A DNA stretch of 64,000 nt from contig DATAEG010000003.1 in the NCBI GenBank assembly GCA_036258135.1, positions 128-64,127 of the forward strand, read 5' to 3'. This document shows, piece after piece, positions 54,250 through 63,931 of the stretch. The notes beneath the pieces are model-generated. The model saw only the letters and a program-made list of their open reading frames with translations, was not told the origin of the DNA and did not search any database. Positions within the stretch are counted from its first letter, which is position 1. Each line of letters begins with the position of its first letter. The translations under genes and the position numbers were made by a program. The DNA is from Jatrophihabitantaceae bacterium. GTDB lineage: Bacteria; Actinomycetota; Actinomycetes; Mycobacteriales; Jatrophihabitantaceae.

Positions 54250-55137
54250 CCGCCGTTCCGTGGCCTGGACGACCACCTCGACCGCGGCCAGCCACACCAG
54301 GCAGGCGCCCAGCATGTGCAGCGCCACCAGCACGATCGGCAGGTGGGTGAAGTACTGGACGAAGCCGATCAGGCCCTGGCCGAGCTCCAGCCCGAACAGC
54401 GTCCACGCCGGGCGGCGCAGCCGTTTCGTCCCGTCGCCGAGGTAGGTGGCGAAGACGAGACCGGCGGTCAGCCCGATCAACACCATGACCGCGTCCGCGT
54501 GCAGGTGCGCCATGCCCGCGGGATCCAGGCCGGTGCGATGCACTCGTCCGTGCCGCAGGTCGCCGGCGTGCGGCCCGCTTCCCGTGACGACGGTGCCGAG
54601 CACCAGCACGGTCCCTGCCATCGTCGCCGTCGCCCAGGCCAGCGAACGCAAAGCGGGCGGCGCTTCGGGCCGGCCGGCTCGGTCGGCCACGGCGTGCCAC
54701 AGGCACAGCGTGACCGCGATGTTGGCCATCGACAGGAGCAGGTGCGCAGAGACGACCCACGGGTTGAGGTCGGTGAGGACGGAGATACCGCCGACGACGG
54801 CCTGCGTCGGGATCACCAGGAACGCCACCAGCGCCAGGCCGACAGACCGCCGCTGTGACCAGGCGGCGAGCAGCGTCGCCGCCGCCACGACGACTAGGAC
54901 GAACGTGAAGGTGCGGTTGCCGAACTCGATCAACCCGTGGATGGCGTTTCGCTGCGTCGGGATCAGCGAGTCGCCGTCGCACTTCGGCCAGGTCGGGCAA
55001 CCCAGCCCGGAATTGGTGAGCCGGACCGCCCCGCCGGTGACCACAATAGCGACGTTGACTACGACCGAGGCGAGGGCCAGCCGTTGCAGCGCGACGAGCG
55101 AGCGCCGCCATCCGAACAACCCGTCGGCTACTCCCAT
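54151..55137 (-). CDS. ctaA: heme A synthase (COX15/CtaA family)
   Basis: 328 aa from ATG 55135-55137 in ORF 54151..55350. GGAVRLTNSGLGCPTWPKC and conserved His-containing helices. The last 99 nt overlap the convergent DUF445 gene. Confidence 0.88.
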   Translation of the reverse strand: MGVADGLFGWRRSLVALQRLALASVVVNVAIVVTGGAVRLTNSGLGCPTWPKCDGDSLIPTQRNAIHGLIEFGNRTFTFVLVVVAAATLLAAWSQRRSVGLALVAFLVIPTQAVVGGISVLTDLNPWVVSAHLLLSMANIAVTLCLWHAVADRAGRPEAPPALRSLAWATATMAGTVLVLGTVVTGSGPHAGDLRHGRVHRTGLDPAGMAHLHADAVMVLIGLTAGLVFATYLGDGTKRLRRPAWTLFGLELGQGLIGFVQYFTHLPIVLVALHMLGACLVWLAAVEVVVQATERRLQQPAHRVDQHSDQRADDGAVHPDELQVPADL

Positions 55138-55895
55138 CGGAACCACCGTGCCGCCGCTGCGAGCGCGGCCGCGGCCCACACCGCGAGGACGAGCGTCGGG
55201 CCGACGGGCAGACCCGAACCGTCCTGTAGCACCGAGTGCAGGCCGTCGGAGAGCGCGGCGGCCGGGGTTAGTCGCAGGACGCTGGCGACGCCGTTGGGGA
55301 ACCGGCTGAGCGGAATGGCGATGCCGCCGCTGAACAGCAGCACGAACCACAGCAGGTTGGCGGCCGCGAGGGTGACCTCCGCACGCAGCGTCCCGGCCAG
55401 CAACAGCCCGAGTCCGGCGAACGCTGCCGAGCCGAGCACGACCAACATCACGGCCAGCAGCGGATCGCCGTGCGGGTGCCAGCCGAGAACGAGCCCGAGC
55501 GTGCTCACCAGCACCAACTGGATCGCCTCCAGCATCAGCACCGCGGCCAGTTTCCCGGAGATGAGCACCGGTCGCGGCAGTGCCGTGGCGCCGAGGCGCT
55601 TGAGGACGCCGTACTTACGCTCGAACCCGGTGCCGATGGCCAGGCCGGTGAACGACGCGCTCAAGACGCACAGGGCGATCACGCTCGGCACCACGAAGTC
55701 GATGCGCCGGCCGTCCAGGGAGTACAGGCCGGGCAGGTTCAACACGACCGTGAGCAGCAACGGCAGTACTAGCGTGAGGCCGACCTGTTCGAGGTTGCGC
55801 AACGTCAGCCGCAACTCCATGCCCGCCTGGGCCCGCAGCATCTGCGCGCGAGGCGCCGCGCCGGGAGCGGGCCGCCAATCCAGGAGCTGACTCAT
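55128..55895 (-). CDS. ABC-2 type transporter permease
   Basis: 255 aa from ATG 55893-55895 (ATGA overlap with the ATPase stop). Six hydrophobic segments. Confidence 0.85.
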   Translation of the reverse strand: MSQLLDWRPAPGAAPRAQMLRAQAGMELRLTLRNLEQVGLTLVLPLLLTVVLNLPGLYSLDGRRIDFVVPSVIALCVLSASFTGLAIGTGFERKYGVLKRLGATALPRPVLISGKLAAVLMLEAIQLVLVSTLGLVLGWHPHGDPLLAVMLVVLGSAAFAGLGLLLAGTLRAEVTLAAANLLWFVLLFSGGIAIPLSRFPNGVASVLRLTPAAALSDGLHSVLQDGSGLPVGPTLVLAVWAAAALAAAARWFRWE

Positions 55896-56809
55896 GTACG
55901 GATGGTCCGTCCGGTGAGATCGAGGAAGACGTCCTCGAGGCTGCGGCGTTCGATGGCCAGGTCGGCGGCCAGGACGTCGTGGCGCGCGCACCAGGCGGTG
56001 ATCTCGGCCAGCAGCTGGGGAGTCACCGCGGCGGCCACGACGTAGCGGCCCGGGGTGGGCTCGGTGACGGTCGCGTCCGGGCCGAGCGCCGCCCGTAGCG
56101 ACGGCAGGTCCAGCCCGGCCGGGGCGCTGAAGCGCACTTGACCGGCCGCGGCCCGGGTGAGCTCGGCCGGTGCGCCCGTGGCCACGATCCGGCCCCGGTC
56201 GACCACGACGACCCGGTCGGCCAGCCGCTCGGCCTCGTCCAGAAGGTGGGTGGTGAGCACCACGGTGACGCCGTCGCGGCGCAGCTCGGCCAGGATGTCC
56301 CAGGTGGCGCGCCGAGCGTGCGGGTCCATGCCGGCGGTGGGTTCGTCCAGGAAGACGAGCTCGGGCCGGCCGATCAACGCCATGGCCAGGGAGAGCCGTT
56401 GTCGCTGCCCGCCGGAGAGGCGCCGGACCTGGGTGCCGGCGGCCGCACCCAGCCCGATCCGGTCCAGCAACTGCCGAGGATCGTGCGGGTGTGCCGCGTA
56501 CCGGCCGAACAGCGTGAGCAGTTCCAACGCGCGGGCCGCGGTGTAGCCGCCCACGCCGTCCTGGAGCATCACGCCGATGCGCGGGCGAAGCGCGGGCGCG
56601 ATCGGATCCTGGCCGAGGACGCGGACCCGGCCCTGGTCGGCGGCGCGGAAGCCTTCGCAGATCTCGATAGTCGTGGTCTTGCCAGCCCCGTTAGGCCCGA
56701 GCACCGCAACCAGCTCGCCCGGCGACACAGCAAAGCTCAACCCGTCGACCACGGCGCGTCCGTCGTAGCGCTTGACGAGCTCTCGCACCTCGAGCGCGGG
56801 CTGCGTCAC
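55892..56809 (-). CDS. ABC transporter ATP-binding protein
   Basis: 305 aa. Walker A GPNGAGKTT, signature LSGGQRQR, Walker B LVFLDEPT. Confidence 0.92.
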   Translation of the reverse strand: MTQPALEVRELVKRYDGRAVVDGLSFAVSPGELVAVLGPNGAGKTTTIEICEGFRAADQGRVRVLGQDPIAPALRPRIGVMLQDGVGGYTAARALELLTLFGRYAAHPHDPRQLLDRIGLGAAAGTQVRRLSGGQRQRLSLAMALIGRPELVFLDEPTAGMDPHARRATWDILAELRRDGVTVVLTTHLLDEAERLADRVVVVDRGRIVATGAPAELTRAAAGQVRFSAPAGLDLPSLRAALGPDATVTEPTPGRYVVAAAVTPQLLAEITAWCARHDVLAADLAIERRSLEDVFLDLTGRTIRT

Positions 56810-56840
56810 CGCACGAGTGTATGAACCCCGGGTGTGCCGC

Positions 56841-57515
56841 TCAGCCAGCGGCGTCCTTGACCGACGACGCGTAGGTGGGCACGTACTCCTGCCCGGTCAA
56901 CGCCTGCACCGCCACGCGCACCGTCTCGGTCACCTCGCGCAGCACTTTGGCGCGGCGCTCATCCTCGGGCCGGCCGCTGAAGTCCAGTGGCGTGCCGAAG
57001 TGCACCGCGGCACGGGCCAGTCGCCAGCGCTTGGTCCCCGGCGGCTGGACCCGGTCGGTGCCGACCAGCCCGACCGGGACCACAGGCACGCCGGTGCGTA
57101 GCGCGATCCGGGCGATCCCGGTGCGGAACCGGTACAGCCGCCCGTCCGGGGAGCGTGTGCCCTCCGGGTAGATCCCGAACGCCTTGCCCTTGTTGAGCAG
57201 GTCGACGCAGATGTCCACCGACGCGGCCGCCGCGCGCATGTCGCCGCGCTCCACCGGTACCTGCCCGATGCCACCGAAGAACGCGGCCATGGCCTTGCCG
57301 CGCAAGCCCGGCGAGGTGAAGTACTCCGACTTGGCCAGGTAGAACACCTGCCGCCGCGCCGCCATTGGGGTGAAGATCTCGTCGGCGAACGAGATGTGGT
57401 TGGCGGCCAGGATCACGGCTCCGGTCCGCGGCACATTGCCCAAGCCGGTCACTTCGGGCCGATAGGTCAGCCGGAGCGCCGGCGCCAGGGTCAACTCCAG
57501 GGCCCGATACAGCAC
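56841..57515 (-). CDS. lysophospholipid (1-acyl-sn-glycerol-3-phosphate) acyltransferase family protein
   Basis: GTG 57513-57515 in ORF 56841..57731. NHISFAD (HX4D) and YPEGTRS motifs. Confidence 0.85.
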   Translation of the reverse strand: MLYRALELTLAPALRLTYRPEVTGLGNVPRTGAVILAANHISFADEIFTPMAARRQVFYLAKSEYFTSPGLRGKAMAAFFGGIGQVPVERGDMRAAAASVDICVDLLNKGKAFGIYPEGTRSPDGRLYRFRTGIARIALRTGVPVVPVGLVGTDRVQPPGTKRWRLARAAVHFGTPLDFSGRPEDERRAKVLREVTETVRVAVQALTGQEYVPTYASSVKDAAG

Positions 57516-57608
57516 GCGCGGAACCCTATCCCCGCGGGGACGGGGTACGCGGCTATGCGGCGCGTCACGGACCCGCTGCGCCCGCCCGCGCGGAAATAGG
57601 TCATAATG

Positions 57609-57630
57609 GTGTTGTGAAATTCCCCAACAC
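57609..57630. promoter_or_regulatory. Inverted repeat GTGTTG-N10-CAACAC next to a CATAAT -10 box (candidate SufR operator)
   Basis: CATAAT at 57602-57607. The inverted repeat at 57609-57630 spans the sufR GTG (57614). CAAC/GTTG half-sites are described for SufR operators. Confidence 0.4.
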
Positions 57631-58318
57631 GATTCTGGCGCCGCGGCGGGGCCCGCGCGTGGCGCAGCGTCGTGGGGAGCATGTGCGTACCCGCGACGCC
57701 GTGGCCCGGCTGATCCTCGAGTCTGGGCCACGGACCGCCGCGGAGCTCGCCGCGCGTCTGAACATCTCCCCGGCGGCGGTGCGCCGCCACCTGGACGCGT
57801 TGGTGGCGGAGGGCCTGCTCGAAGAGCGGGAAGCCCGGGTCAGCGGCCACCGGGGCCGCGGCCGGCCCCCTCGGGCCTACGCCCTGACCGACACTGGCCG
57901 AGCCGCGTTCCCGCACGGGTACGACGACCTGGCCACCATGGCGGTCCGGTTCCTGCGCGACTCGGCGGGCGAGGACGAGGTCGCCCGGTTCGCCGAGCAC
58001 CGGGCCGAGAGCCTGGCCCGGCTGGTCTCTGACCCGTCGCAGAAGCCGCGTCGGGTCGGCGAGCTGGCCGAGGCGTTGACCGCCGTCGGCTACGCCTCGA
58101 CCACCGAGCGGGCCGGGGCCGGCCTCCAGCTGTGCCAGCATCACTGCCCGGTCGCCCACGTGGCCGCGGAGTTCCCGCAACTGTGCGAGGCGGAGACCCG
58201 CGCGTTCGAGCGCGTTCTCGGCACGTACGTCCAGCGATTGGCCACCATCGCCCGCGGCGACGGTGTCTGCACCACCTACATTCCTGACCCACCCGAGTTC
58301 CACGGAGCGAATAAATGA
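57614..58318 (+). CDS. sufR: SufR family transcriptional regulator (ArsR-type wHTH with Fe-S Cys motif)
   Basis: 234 aa. [26 protein letters not shown]-terminal cysteines [10 protein letters not shown]...QLCE...GDGVC. First gene of the suf operon. Start may be leaderless or further downstream. Confidence 0.85.
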   Translation: MKFPNTILAPRRGPRVAQRRGEHVRTRDAVARLILESGPRTAAELAARLNISPAAVRRHLDALVAEGLLEEREARVSGHRGRGRPPRAYALTDTGRAAFPHGYDDLATMAVRFLRDSAGEDEVARFAEHRAESLARLVSDPSQKPRRVGELAEALTAVGYASTTERAGAGLQLCQHHCPVAHVAAEFPQLCEAETRAFERVLGTYVQRLATIARGDGVCTTYIPDPPEFHGANK

Positions 58319-59745
58319 CGACCGCCACCGATCGTCCGCTTACCCAGGACGAGAAGATCGACTCGATCGGCCGATACGCCTTCGGCTGGGCCGACTCCGA
58401 CGTCGCCGGCACCTCCGCCCGTCGCGGGCTGTCTCCCGAGGTGGTGGCCGACATCTCGGCCAAGAAGAACGAGCCCGAGTGGATGCTCCAGCGTCGCCTG
58501 AAGGCGTTGGAGATCTTCCGCAGCAAGCCGCTGCCAACGTGGGGCTCGGACCTGTCCGGGATCGACTTCGAGACCATCAAGTACTTCGTCCGGTCGACGG
58601 AGAAGCAAGCGACCAGCTGGGACGAGCTGCCCGCCGATATCAAGAACACATATGACAAATTGGGCATCCCGGAGGCTGAGAAACAACGGCTCATTGCCGG
58701 TGTAGCGGCCCAATATGAGTCAGAGGTTGTTTACCATAAAATTCGGGAAGATTTGGAAGAGCAGGGCGTGATCTTCTTGGACACCGACACGGGGCTGAAG
58801 GAGCACGAAGACCTGTACAAGGAGTACTTCGGCTCGGTCATCCCGTCCGGCGACAACAAGTTCTCCGCGCTGAACACGGCGGTCTGGTCCGGCGGGTCGT
58901 TCATCTATGTGCCGAAGGGCGTGCACGTGGAGATCCCGCTGCAGGCCTACTTCCGGATCAACACCGAGAACATGGGCCAGTTCGAACGGACGTTGATCAT
59001 CGTCGACGAAGGCGCCTATGTGCACTACGTCGAGGGCTGCACGGCGCCGATCTACAAGTCGGACTCGCTGCACTCCGCGGTCGTCGAGATCATTGTCAAG
59101 CCGAACGCGCGGTGCCGGTACACGACCATCCAGAACTGGTCGAACAACGTCTACAACCTGGTCACCAAGCGGGCCAAGGCCGAGACGGGCGCGACCATGG
59201 AGTGGATCGACGGCAACATCGGCTCGAAGGTGACTATGAAGTACCCATCGGTATGGCTGATGGGCGAGCACGCCAAGGGTGAGGTGCTCTCCATCGCCTT
59301 CGCCGGGGAGGGCCAGCATCAGGACGCCGGCGCCAAGATGCTGCACCTGGCGCCGCACACCTCGTCCACGATCATCTCGAAGTCGGTGGCGCGCGGCGGC
59401 GGCCGAACGTCCTACCGCGGCCTGGTCCGGGTCAACCCAGGCTCGCACCACTCACGCTCCACGGTGAAGTGCGATGCTCTACTCGTCGACACCATCAGTC
59501 GGTCCGACACCTACCCCTACGTGGACGTCCGTGAGGACGACGTCGCCATGGGGCACGAGGCCACGGTCTCCAAGGTCAGCGAGGACCAGCTCTTCTACCT
59601 GATGAGCCGCGGTCTAACCGAGGACGAGGCCATGGCCATGATCGTGCGCGGGTTCGTCGAGCCCATCGCGCGGGAGCTGCCCATGGAGTACGCGCTGGAA
59701 CTGAACCGGTTGATCGAGCTCCAGATGGAAGGGGCGGTTGGTTAG
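58315..59745 (+). CDS. sufB: Fe-S cluster assembly protein SufB
   Basis: 476 aa with an ATGA overlap with sufR. Highly conserved SufB blocks ([30 protein letters not shown]). Confidence 0.96.
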   Translation: MTTATDRPLTQDEKIDSIGRYAFGWADSDVAGTSARRGLSPEVVADISAKKNEPEWMLQRRLKALEIFRSKPLPTWGSDLSGIDFETIKYFVRSTEKQATSWDELPADIKNTYDKLGIPEAEKQRLIAGVAAQYESEVVYHKIREDLEEQGVIFLDTDTGLKEHEDLYKEYFGSVIPSGDNKFSALNTAVWSGGSFIYVPKGVHVEIPLQAYFRINTENMGQFERTLIIVDEGAYVHYVEGCTAPIYKSDSLHSAVVEIIVKPNARCRYTTIQNWSNNVYNLVTKRAKAETGATMEWIDGNIGSKVTMKYPSVWLMGEHAKGEVLSIAFAGEGQHQDAGAKMLHLAPHTSSTIISKSVARGGGRTSYRGLVRVNPGSHHSRSTVKCDALLVDTISRSDTYPYVDVREDDVAMGHEATVSKVSEDQLFYLMSRGLTEDEAMAMIVRGFVEPIARELPMEYALELNRLIELQMEGAVG

Positions 59746-60911
59746 TGACTGCCACTTCCAACGTCGCCGAAGCGCTCGCCGAGGGGGGCGGCGTCGAGTC
59801 GCACCTGCATCCGCCCGGCTCGTGGGCGGTCGAGGACCACCCGGTGCCGAGCGGCCGCGAGGAGGTGTGGCGGTTCACGCCGCTGCGCCGGCTCCGCGGG
59901 CTGCACGCCGACGCGCCGTTCCTGCCAGGCGTGACCAAACACGAGTGGACCCACGACGAGTATGTCCGAGCCACCGTGGACGGCGAGGCCACCCAATGGC
60001 GCGGCATCTCCGGCTACGTGCCGACCGAGCGGGTGACCGCGCGCGTCTTCGCCGAGGCGCCGGCGAGCCTGGCCGTCGACGTCCCGGCCGAGGCGATCAT
60101 CGACAAGCCGATCGTCGTCACCGTCACCGGGACCGACGCGGAGGTCACCGAGGCCGGTCACCTCGCCATCCGGTTCGGCGCCCACTCCCGCGCCAGCGTC
60201 GTGCTGCAACACAACGGTTCGGCCTCGATCGCCCAGGTCGTCGAGATCCTCGTCCAGGACGGCGCCGAGGCCACCGTCACCACCGTGCACGACTGGGCCG
60301 ACGACACCGTGCATCTGGTGCACCACGCCGCCCGAGTCGGCCGCGACGCGCGCCTCAAGCACGTTTCCGTGAGCTTCGGCGGCGACGTGGTGCGCTTCAG
60401 CGCCTCGGTGGACTACGCAGGCCCGGGCGGCCAGGTGGAGATGCTCGGCGTCTATTTCGCCGACGCCGGCCAGCATCTGGAGCACCGCCTCTTCGTCGAT
60501 CACAACGCCCCGCACACCACCAGCAACGTCAGCTACAAGGGCGCGATGCAAGGCTCCGGCGCGCACGGCGTGTGGGTCGGCGACGTCCTCATCCGCAAGG
60601 TGGCCGAGGGCATCTCGACGTTCGAGTCGAACCGCAACTTGCTCCTCACCGACGGGGCCCGCGCTGATTCGGTGCCGAACCTGGAGATCGAGACCGGCGA
60701 GATCGTCGGCGCCGGTCACGCCAGCGCCACCGGGCGCTTCGATGACGAGCAGATGTTCTACCTCCAGTCACGCGGCATCGCCGAGGACGAGGCCCGCCGG
60801 CTCGTGGTGCGTGGCTTCTTCGCCGACGTCATCAAACGCATCGGCATCCCCGACATCGAGTCCCGGCTGCTCGAGGCCATCGAGGCCGAGCTCGCCGCCA
60901 CTGCCAGTTGA
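59745..60911 (+). CDS. sufD: Fe-S cluster assembly protein SufD
   Basis: 388 aa with a GTG start at the sufB stop. The C-terminal SufBD domain (PNLEIETGEIVGAGHASATGRFDDEQMFYLQSRGI). Confidence 0.92.
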   Translation: MTATSNVAEALAEGGGVESHLHPPGSWAVEDHPVPSGREEVWRFTPLRRLRGLHADAPFLPGVTKHEWTHDEYVRATVDGEATQWRGISGYVPTERVTARVFAEAPASLAVDVPAEAIIDKPIVVTVTGTDAEVTEAGHLAIRFGAHSRASVVLQHNGSASIAQVVEILVQDGAEATVTTVHDWADDTVHLVHHAARVGRDARLKHVSVSFGGDVVRFSASVDYAGPGGQVEMLGVYFADAGQHLEHRLFVDHNAPHTTSNVSYKGAMQGSGAHGVWVGDVLIRKVAEGISTFESNRNLLLTDGARADSVPNLEIETGEIVGAGHASATGRFDDEQMFYLQSRGIAEDEARRLVVRGFFADVIKRIGIPDIESRLLEAIEAELAATAS

Positions 60912-60946
60912 CCCAGCCTCAATCAGATCAGGAGAAGACCGAAACC

Positions 60947-61711
60947 GTGGCCACACTCGAGATCCACGACCTGCACGTCAGCGTGACCGGCGAGGACGGT
61001 CCGAAGGAGATCCTGTCCGGTGTCGACCTCGCGGTGTCGTCGGGGGAGACGCACGCGCTGATGGGCCCGAACGGCTCCGGGAAGTCGACGCTGGCCTACT
61101 CGATCGCCGGCCACCCGAAGTACCACGTGACGTCCGGCCGGGTCCTGCTCGACGGCGAGGACGTGCTGTCGATGAAGGTCGACGAGCGGGCCCGGGCGGG
61201 CCTGTTCCTGGCCATGCAGTACCCCGTCGAGGTCGCGGGCGTCTCGGTCTCGAACTTCCTGCGCACCGCCGCCACCGCGGTCCGTGGCGAGGCGCCCAAA
61301 TTGCGTACCTGGGTCAAGGAAGTCAATGAGTCCATGGCGGCTCTCGAGATCGACCGGACTTTCGCCGAACGCAACCTCAACGAGGGCTTCTCGGGTGGGG
61401 AGAAGAAGCGTCACGAGATCCTCCAGCTCACGCTCCTCCAGCCGAAGATCGCCATCCTGGACGAGACTGACTCCGGTCTGGACATCGACGCGCTGCGCGT
61501 GGTCAGCGACGGCGTGAACAAAGTGCGGGCCACCGGCGTCGGCACCCTGCTCATCACGCACTACACCCGCATCCTGCGCTACATCAAACCTGACTTCGTA
61601 CATGTCTTCTTCGACGGGCGCGTCGTCGAGTCCGGTGGTCCCGAACTGGCCGAGCGTCTGGAGAACGAGGGCTACGCCCGCTTTGGAGTCAACGAGACGG
61701 CGAAGGCCTAA
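60947..61711 (+). CDS. sufC: Fe-S cluster assembly ATPase SufC
   Basis: GTG 60947 (VATLEIHDLHVSV) behind an AGGAGA SD, in ORF 60908..61711. GPNGSGKST, FSGGEKKR, ILDETDSGLD. Confidence 0.95.
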   Translation: MATLEIHDLHVSVTGEDGPKEILSGVDLAVSSGETHALMGPNGSGKSTLAYSIAGHPKYHVTSGRVLLDGEDVLSMKVDERARAGLFLAMQYPVEVAGVSVSNFLRTAATAVRGEAPKLRTWVKEVNESMAALEIDRTFAERNLNEGFSGGEKKRHEILQLTLLQPKIAILDETDSGLDIDALRVVSDGVNKVRATGVGTLLITHYTRILRYIKPDFVHVFFDGRVVESGGPELAERLENEGYARFGVNETAKA

Positions 61712-61765
61712 TCCCCACGAAACCGTGGCGCAAAGAACGCTCCACGCTTCCGCGGGGGCCCCGAA
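61712..61765 (+). repeat. Structured post-stop repeat, family 1, copy 3 (between sufC and sufS)
   Basis: TCCCCACGAAACCGTGGCGCAAAGAACGCTCCACGCTTCCGCGGGGGCCCCGAA starts directly after the sufC TAA. Confidence 0.8.
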
Positions 61766-61786
61766 GAGCATGAGGAGCATGTCGAT

Positions 61787-63040
61787 ATGAGTCTCGATGT
61801 TGAGCTCATTAGGAAGGACTTCCCGATCCTCGATCGGGAGGTGCGTGGTGGGCCGCTGGTCTACCTGGACAGCGCCAACACCTCGCAGAAGCCACGGGTC
61901 GTCCTCGACGCCCTGACCGACTACTACGAGCGGCACAACGCCAACGTGGCCCGAGCCGTGCACGCACTCGGCTCGGAGGCCACTACGATGTTCGAGGACG
62001 CCCGCGACAAGGTCGCCGCCTTCGTCAACGCCGCCGAACGCGAGGAGATCGTCTTCACCAAGAACTCCTCCGAGGCGCTCAACCTGGTCGCCTACTGCAT
62101 GTCCAACGCGGCCACGACACCAGGCGCGGATCGGTTCCGGATCGGCCCAGGCGACGACATCGTCGTGACCGAGATGGAGCACCACAGCAACCTCGTCCCG
62201 TGGCAGCTGCTGGCCCAGCGCACCGGCGCCACGTTCAAATGGATCGGCATCGACGATGAGGGCCGTCTCATCGACGAGCAGATCGACTCGGTCATTACGC
62301 CGCGCACGAAGGTGGTTGCGTTCGTACACCAATCGAACGCGTTGGGCACCGTCAACTCAGTGCCACGCATCGTGGCCCGGGCCCGTGACGTCGGCGCGCT
62401 GACCGTGGTGGACGCCTCGCAGTCGGTGCCGCACCGCGCCGTGGACGTGCAAGAGCTCGGCGCCGACTTCCTCGCCTTCACCGGCCACAAGCTGTACGGG
62501 CCGACCGGCGTGGGCGTGCTGTGGGGTCGATACGACCTGCTCGCCGCCATGCCGCCGTTCCTCGGCGGCGGCGAGATGATCGAGACAGTCGACATGTCCG
62601 GCACCACGTTCGCCGCACCGCCGCACCGCTTCGAGGCCGGCACCCCGATGATTGCCCAGGCGATCGGGCTGGGCGTGGCCATCGATTACGTGCACGCGAT
62701 CGGCATGGACGCCATCGAGGCGCACGAGCACGCCTTGACCGTGCAGGCTCTGGAGGGTCTACAGCGCCTCGACGGCGTGCGCATCGTCGGCCCGGCGGAC
62801 GGGCGGGACCGCGGCGCCACGATCTCGTTCACGGTCGAGGGCGTCCACCCGCACGACGTCGCCCAGTTGCTGGACGAACGCGGCATCGCCGTACGGGCCG
62901 GCCACCATTGCGCCCGGCCGGTCTGCGTGCGGTACGGAATACCGGCGACCACCCGGGCGTCATTCGGTGTGTACACCTCTCCGGCGGAGGTAGATGCGTT
63001 GATCGACGGAGTCGTCGCGGTGCAGAGGACGTTTACATGA
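61787..63040 (+). CDS. sufS: cysteine desulfurase SufS
   Basis: 417 aa. PLP-Lys region FTGHKLYGPTG and catalytic loop RAGHHCA. Confidence 0.95.
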   Translation: MSLDVELIRKDFPILDREVRGGPLVYLDSANTSQKPRVVLDALTDYYERHNANVARAVHALGSEATTMFEDARDKVAAFVNAAEREEIVFTKNSSEALNLVAYCMSNAATTPGADRFRIGPGDDIVVTEMEHHSNLVPWQLLAQRTGATFKWIGIDDEGRLIDEQIDSVITPRTKVVAFVHQSNALGTVNSVPRIVARARDVGALTVVDASQSVPHRAVDVQELGADFLAFTGHKLYGPTGVGVLWGRYDLLAAMPPFLGGGEMIETVDMSGTTFAAPPHRFEAGTPMIAQAIGLGVAIDYVHAIGMDAIEAHEHALTVQALEGLQRLDGVRIVGPADGRDRGATISFTVEGVHPHDVAQLLDERGIAVRAGHHCARPVCVRYGIPATTRASFGVYTSPAEVDALIDGVVAVQRTFT

Positions 63041-63501
63041 CCAGCAACGAGAGCTTGTACCAGGACATCATCCTTGACCACTTCAAGCGCCCGCAGCACC
63101 GTGGGCTGGCCGAGCCGTTCGACGCCGAGGTGCACCACGTCAACCCGACCTGTGGGGACGAGGTGACCCTGCGCCTCCGACTGGCCGACGGCACCGTCGA
63201 GGATGTCAGCTGGGAAGGCGTCGGATGTTCGATCAGCCAGGCGTCCACGTCAGTCATGTCCGGGCTCGTGATCGGCAGGCCGGTCTCGGAGGCGCTTGAA
63301 CTGGAGCGGTCGTTCCTGTCGCTGATGCAGTCGCGCGGTGAGCCCACATTGAGCGATGACGAGGCGGAAGCGCTGGAGGACGCGGTGGCGTTCGAGGGCG
63401 TGTCGAGGTACCCGGCGCGGGTGAAGTGCGCGCTGCTGGGCTGGATGGCGATGAAGAGCGCGGTCGCGGAAGCCACCGCGGCGGTTGGGAGTGGGTCATG
63501 A
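63037..63501 (+). CDS. sufU: SUF system NifU-family Fe-S scaffold SufU
   Basis: 154 aa from ATG 63037 (ATGA overlap). LYQDIILDHFKRPQH, NPTCGDEV, GCSISQAS, RVKCALL. Confidence 0.93.
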   Translation: MTSNESLYQDIILDHFKRPQHRGLAEPFDAEVHHVNPTCGDEVTLRLRLADGTVEDVSWEGVGCSISQASTSVMSGLVIGRPVSEALELERSFLSLMQSRGEPTLSDDEAEALEDAVAFEGVSRYPARVKCALLGWMAMKSAVAEATAAVGSGS

Positions 63502-63839
63502 GCGAGGTCGTGATCGAGAAGCCCTCGGTGGACGACATCGAGGAGGCCATGCGCGACGTGGTCGATCCCGAGCTGGGCATCAACGTCGTCGACCTCGGCT
63601 TGGTCTACGAGGTGCACATCGATGACGACGCCAGCGTCACGCTCGACATGACGCTGACCTCGGCGGCGTGTCCGCTCACCGACGTCATCGAGGATCAAGC
63701 GGCTGCCGCGCTGACCGGCGGCCCCAAGCCGATCGTGAAGTCGCTGGCCATCAACTGGGTGTGGATGCCACCTTGGGGCCCGGACAAGATCACCGACGAA
63801 GGCCGTGAGCAGCTCCGCGCCCTAGGTTTCAACGTCTAG
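63498..63839 (+). CDS. sufT: metal-sulfur cluster assembly factor (DUF59/SufT-like)
   Basis: 113 aa from ATG 63498 (ATGA overlap). DVVDPELGINVVDLGLVY and TLTSAACPL motifs. Confidence 0.88.
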   Translation: MSEVVIEKPSVDDIEEAMRDVVDPELGINVVDLGLVYEVHIDDDASVTLDMTLTSAACPLTDVIEDQAAAALTGGPKPIVKSLAINWVWMPPWGPDKITDEGREQLRALGFNV

Positions 63840-63840
63840 T

Positions 63841-63893
63841 TACCCCACGAAGTTCTCGCAGAGAACGCGACAAACTTCGCGGGGACCCCGAAT
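63841..63893 (+). repeat. Structured post-stop repeat, family 1, copy 4
   Basis: TACCCCACGAAGTTCTCGCAGAGAACGCGACAAACTTCGCGGGGACCCCGAAT starts 1 nt after the TAG of the last suf gene. Confidence 0.75.
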
Positions 63894-63931
63894 GGCACCC
63901 ACCTGGTCTCTCACAGCACCGAACGGTGGAT

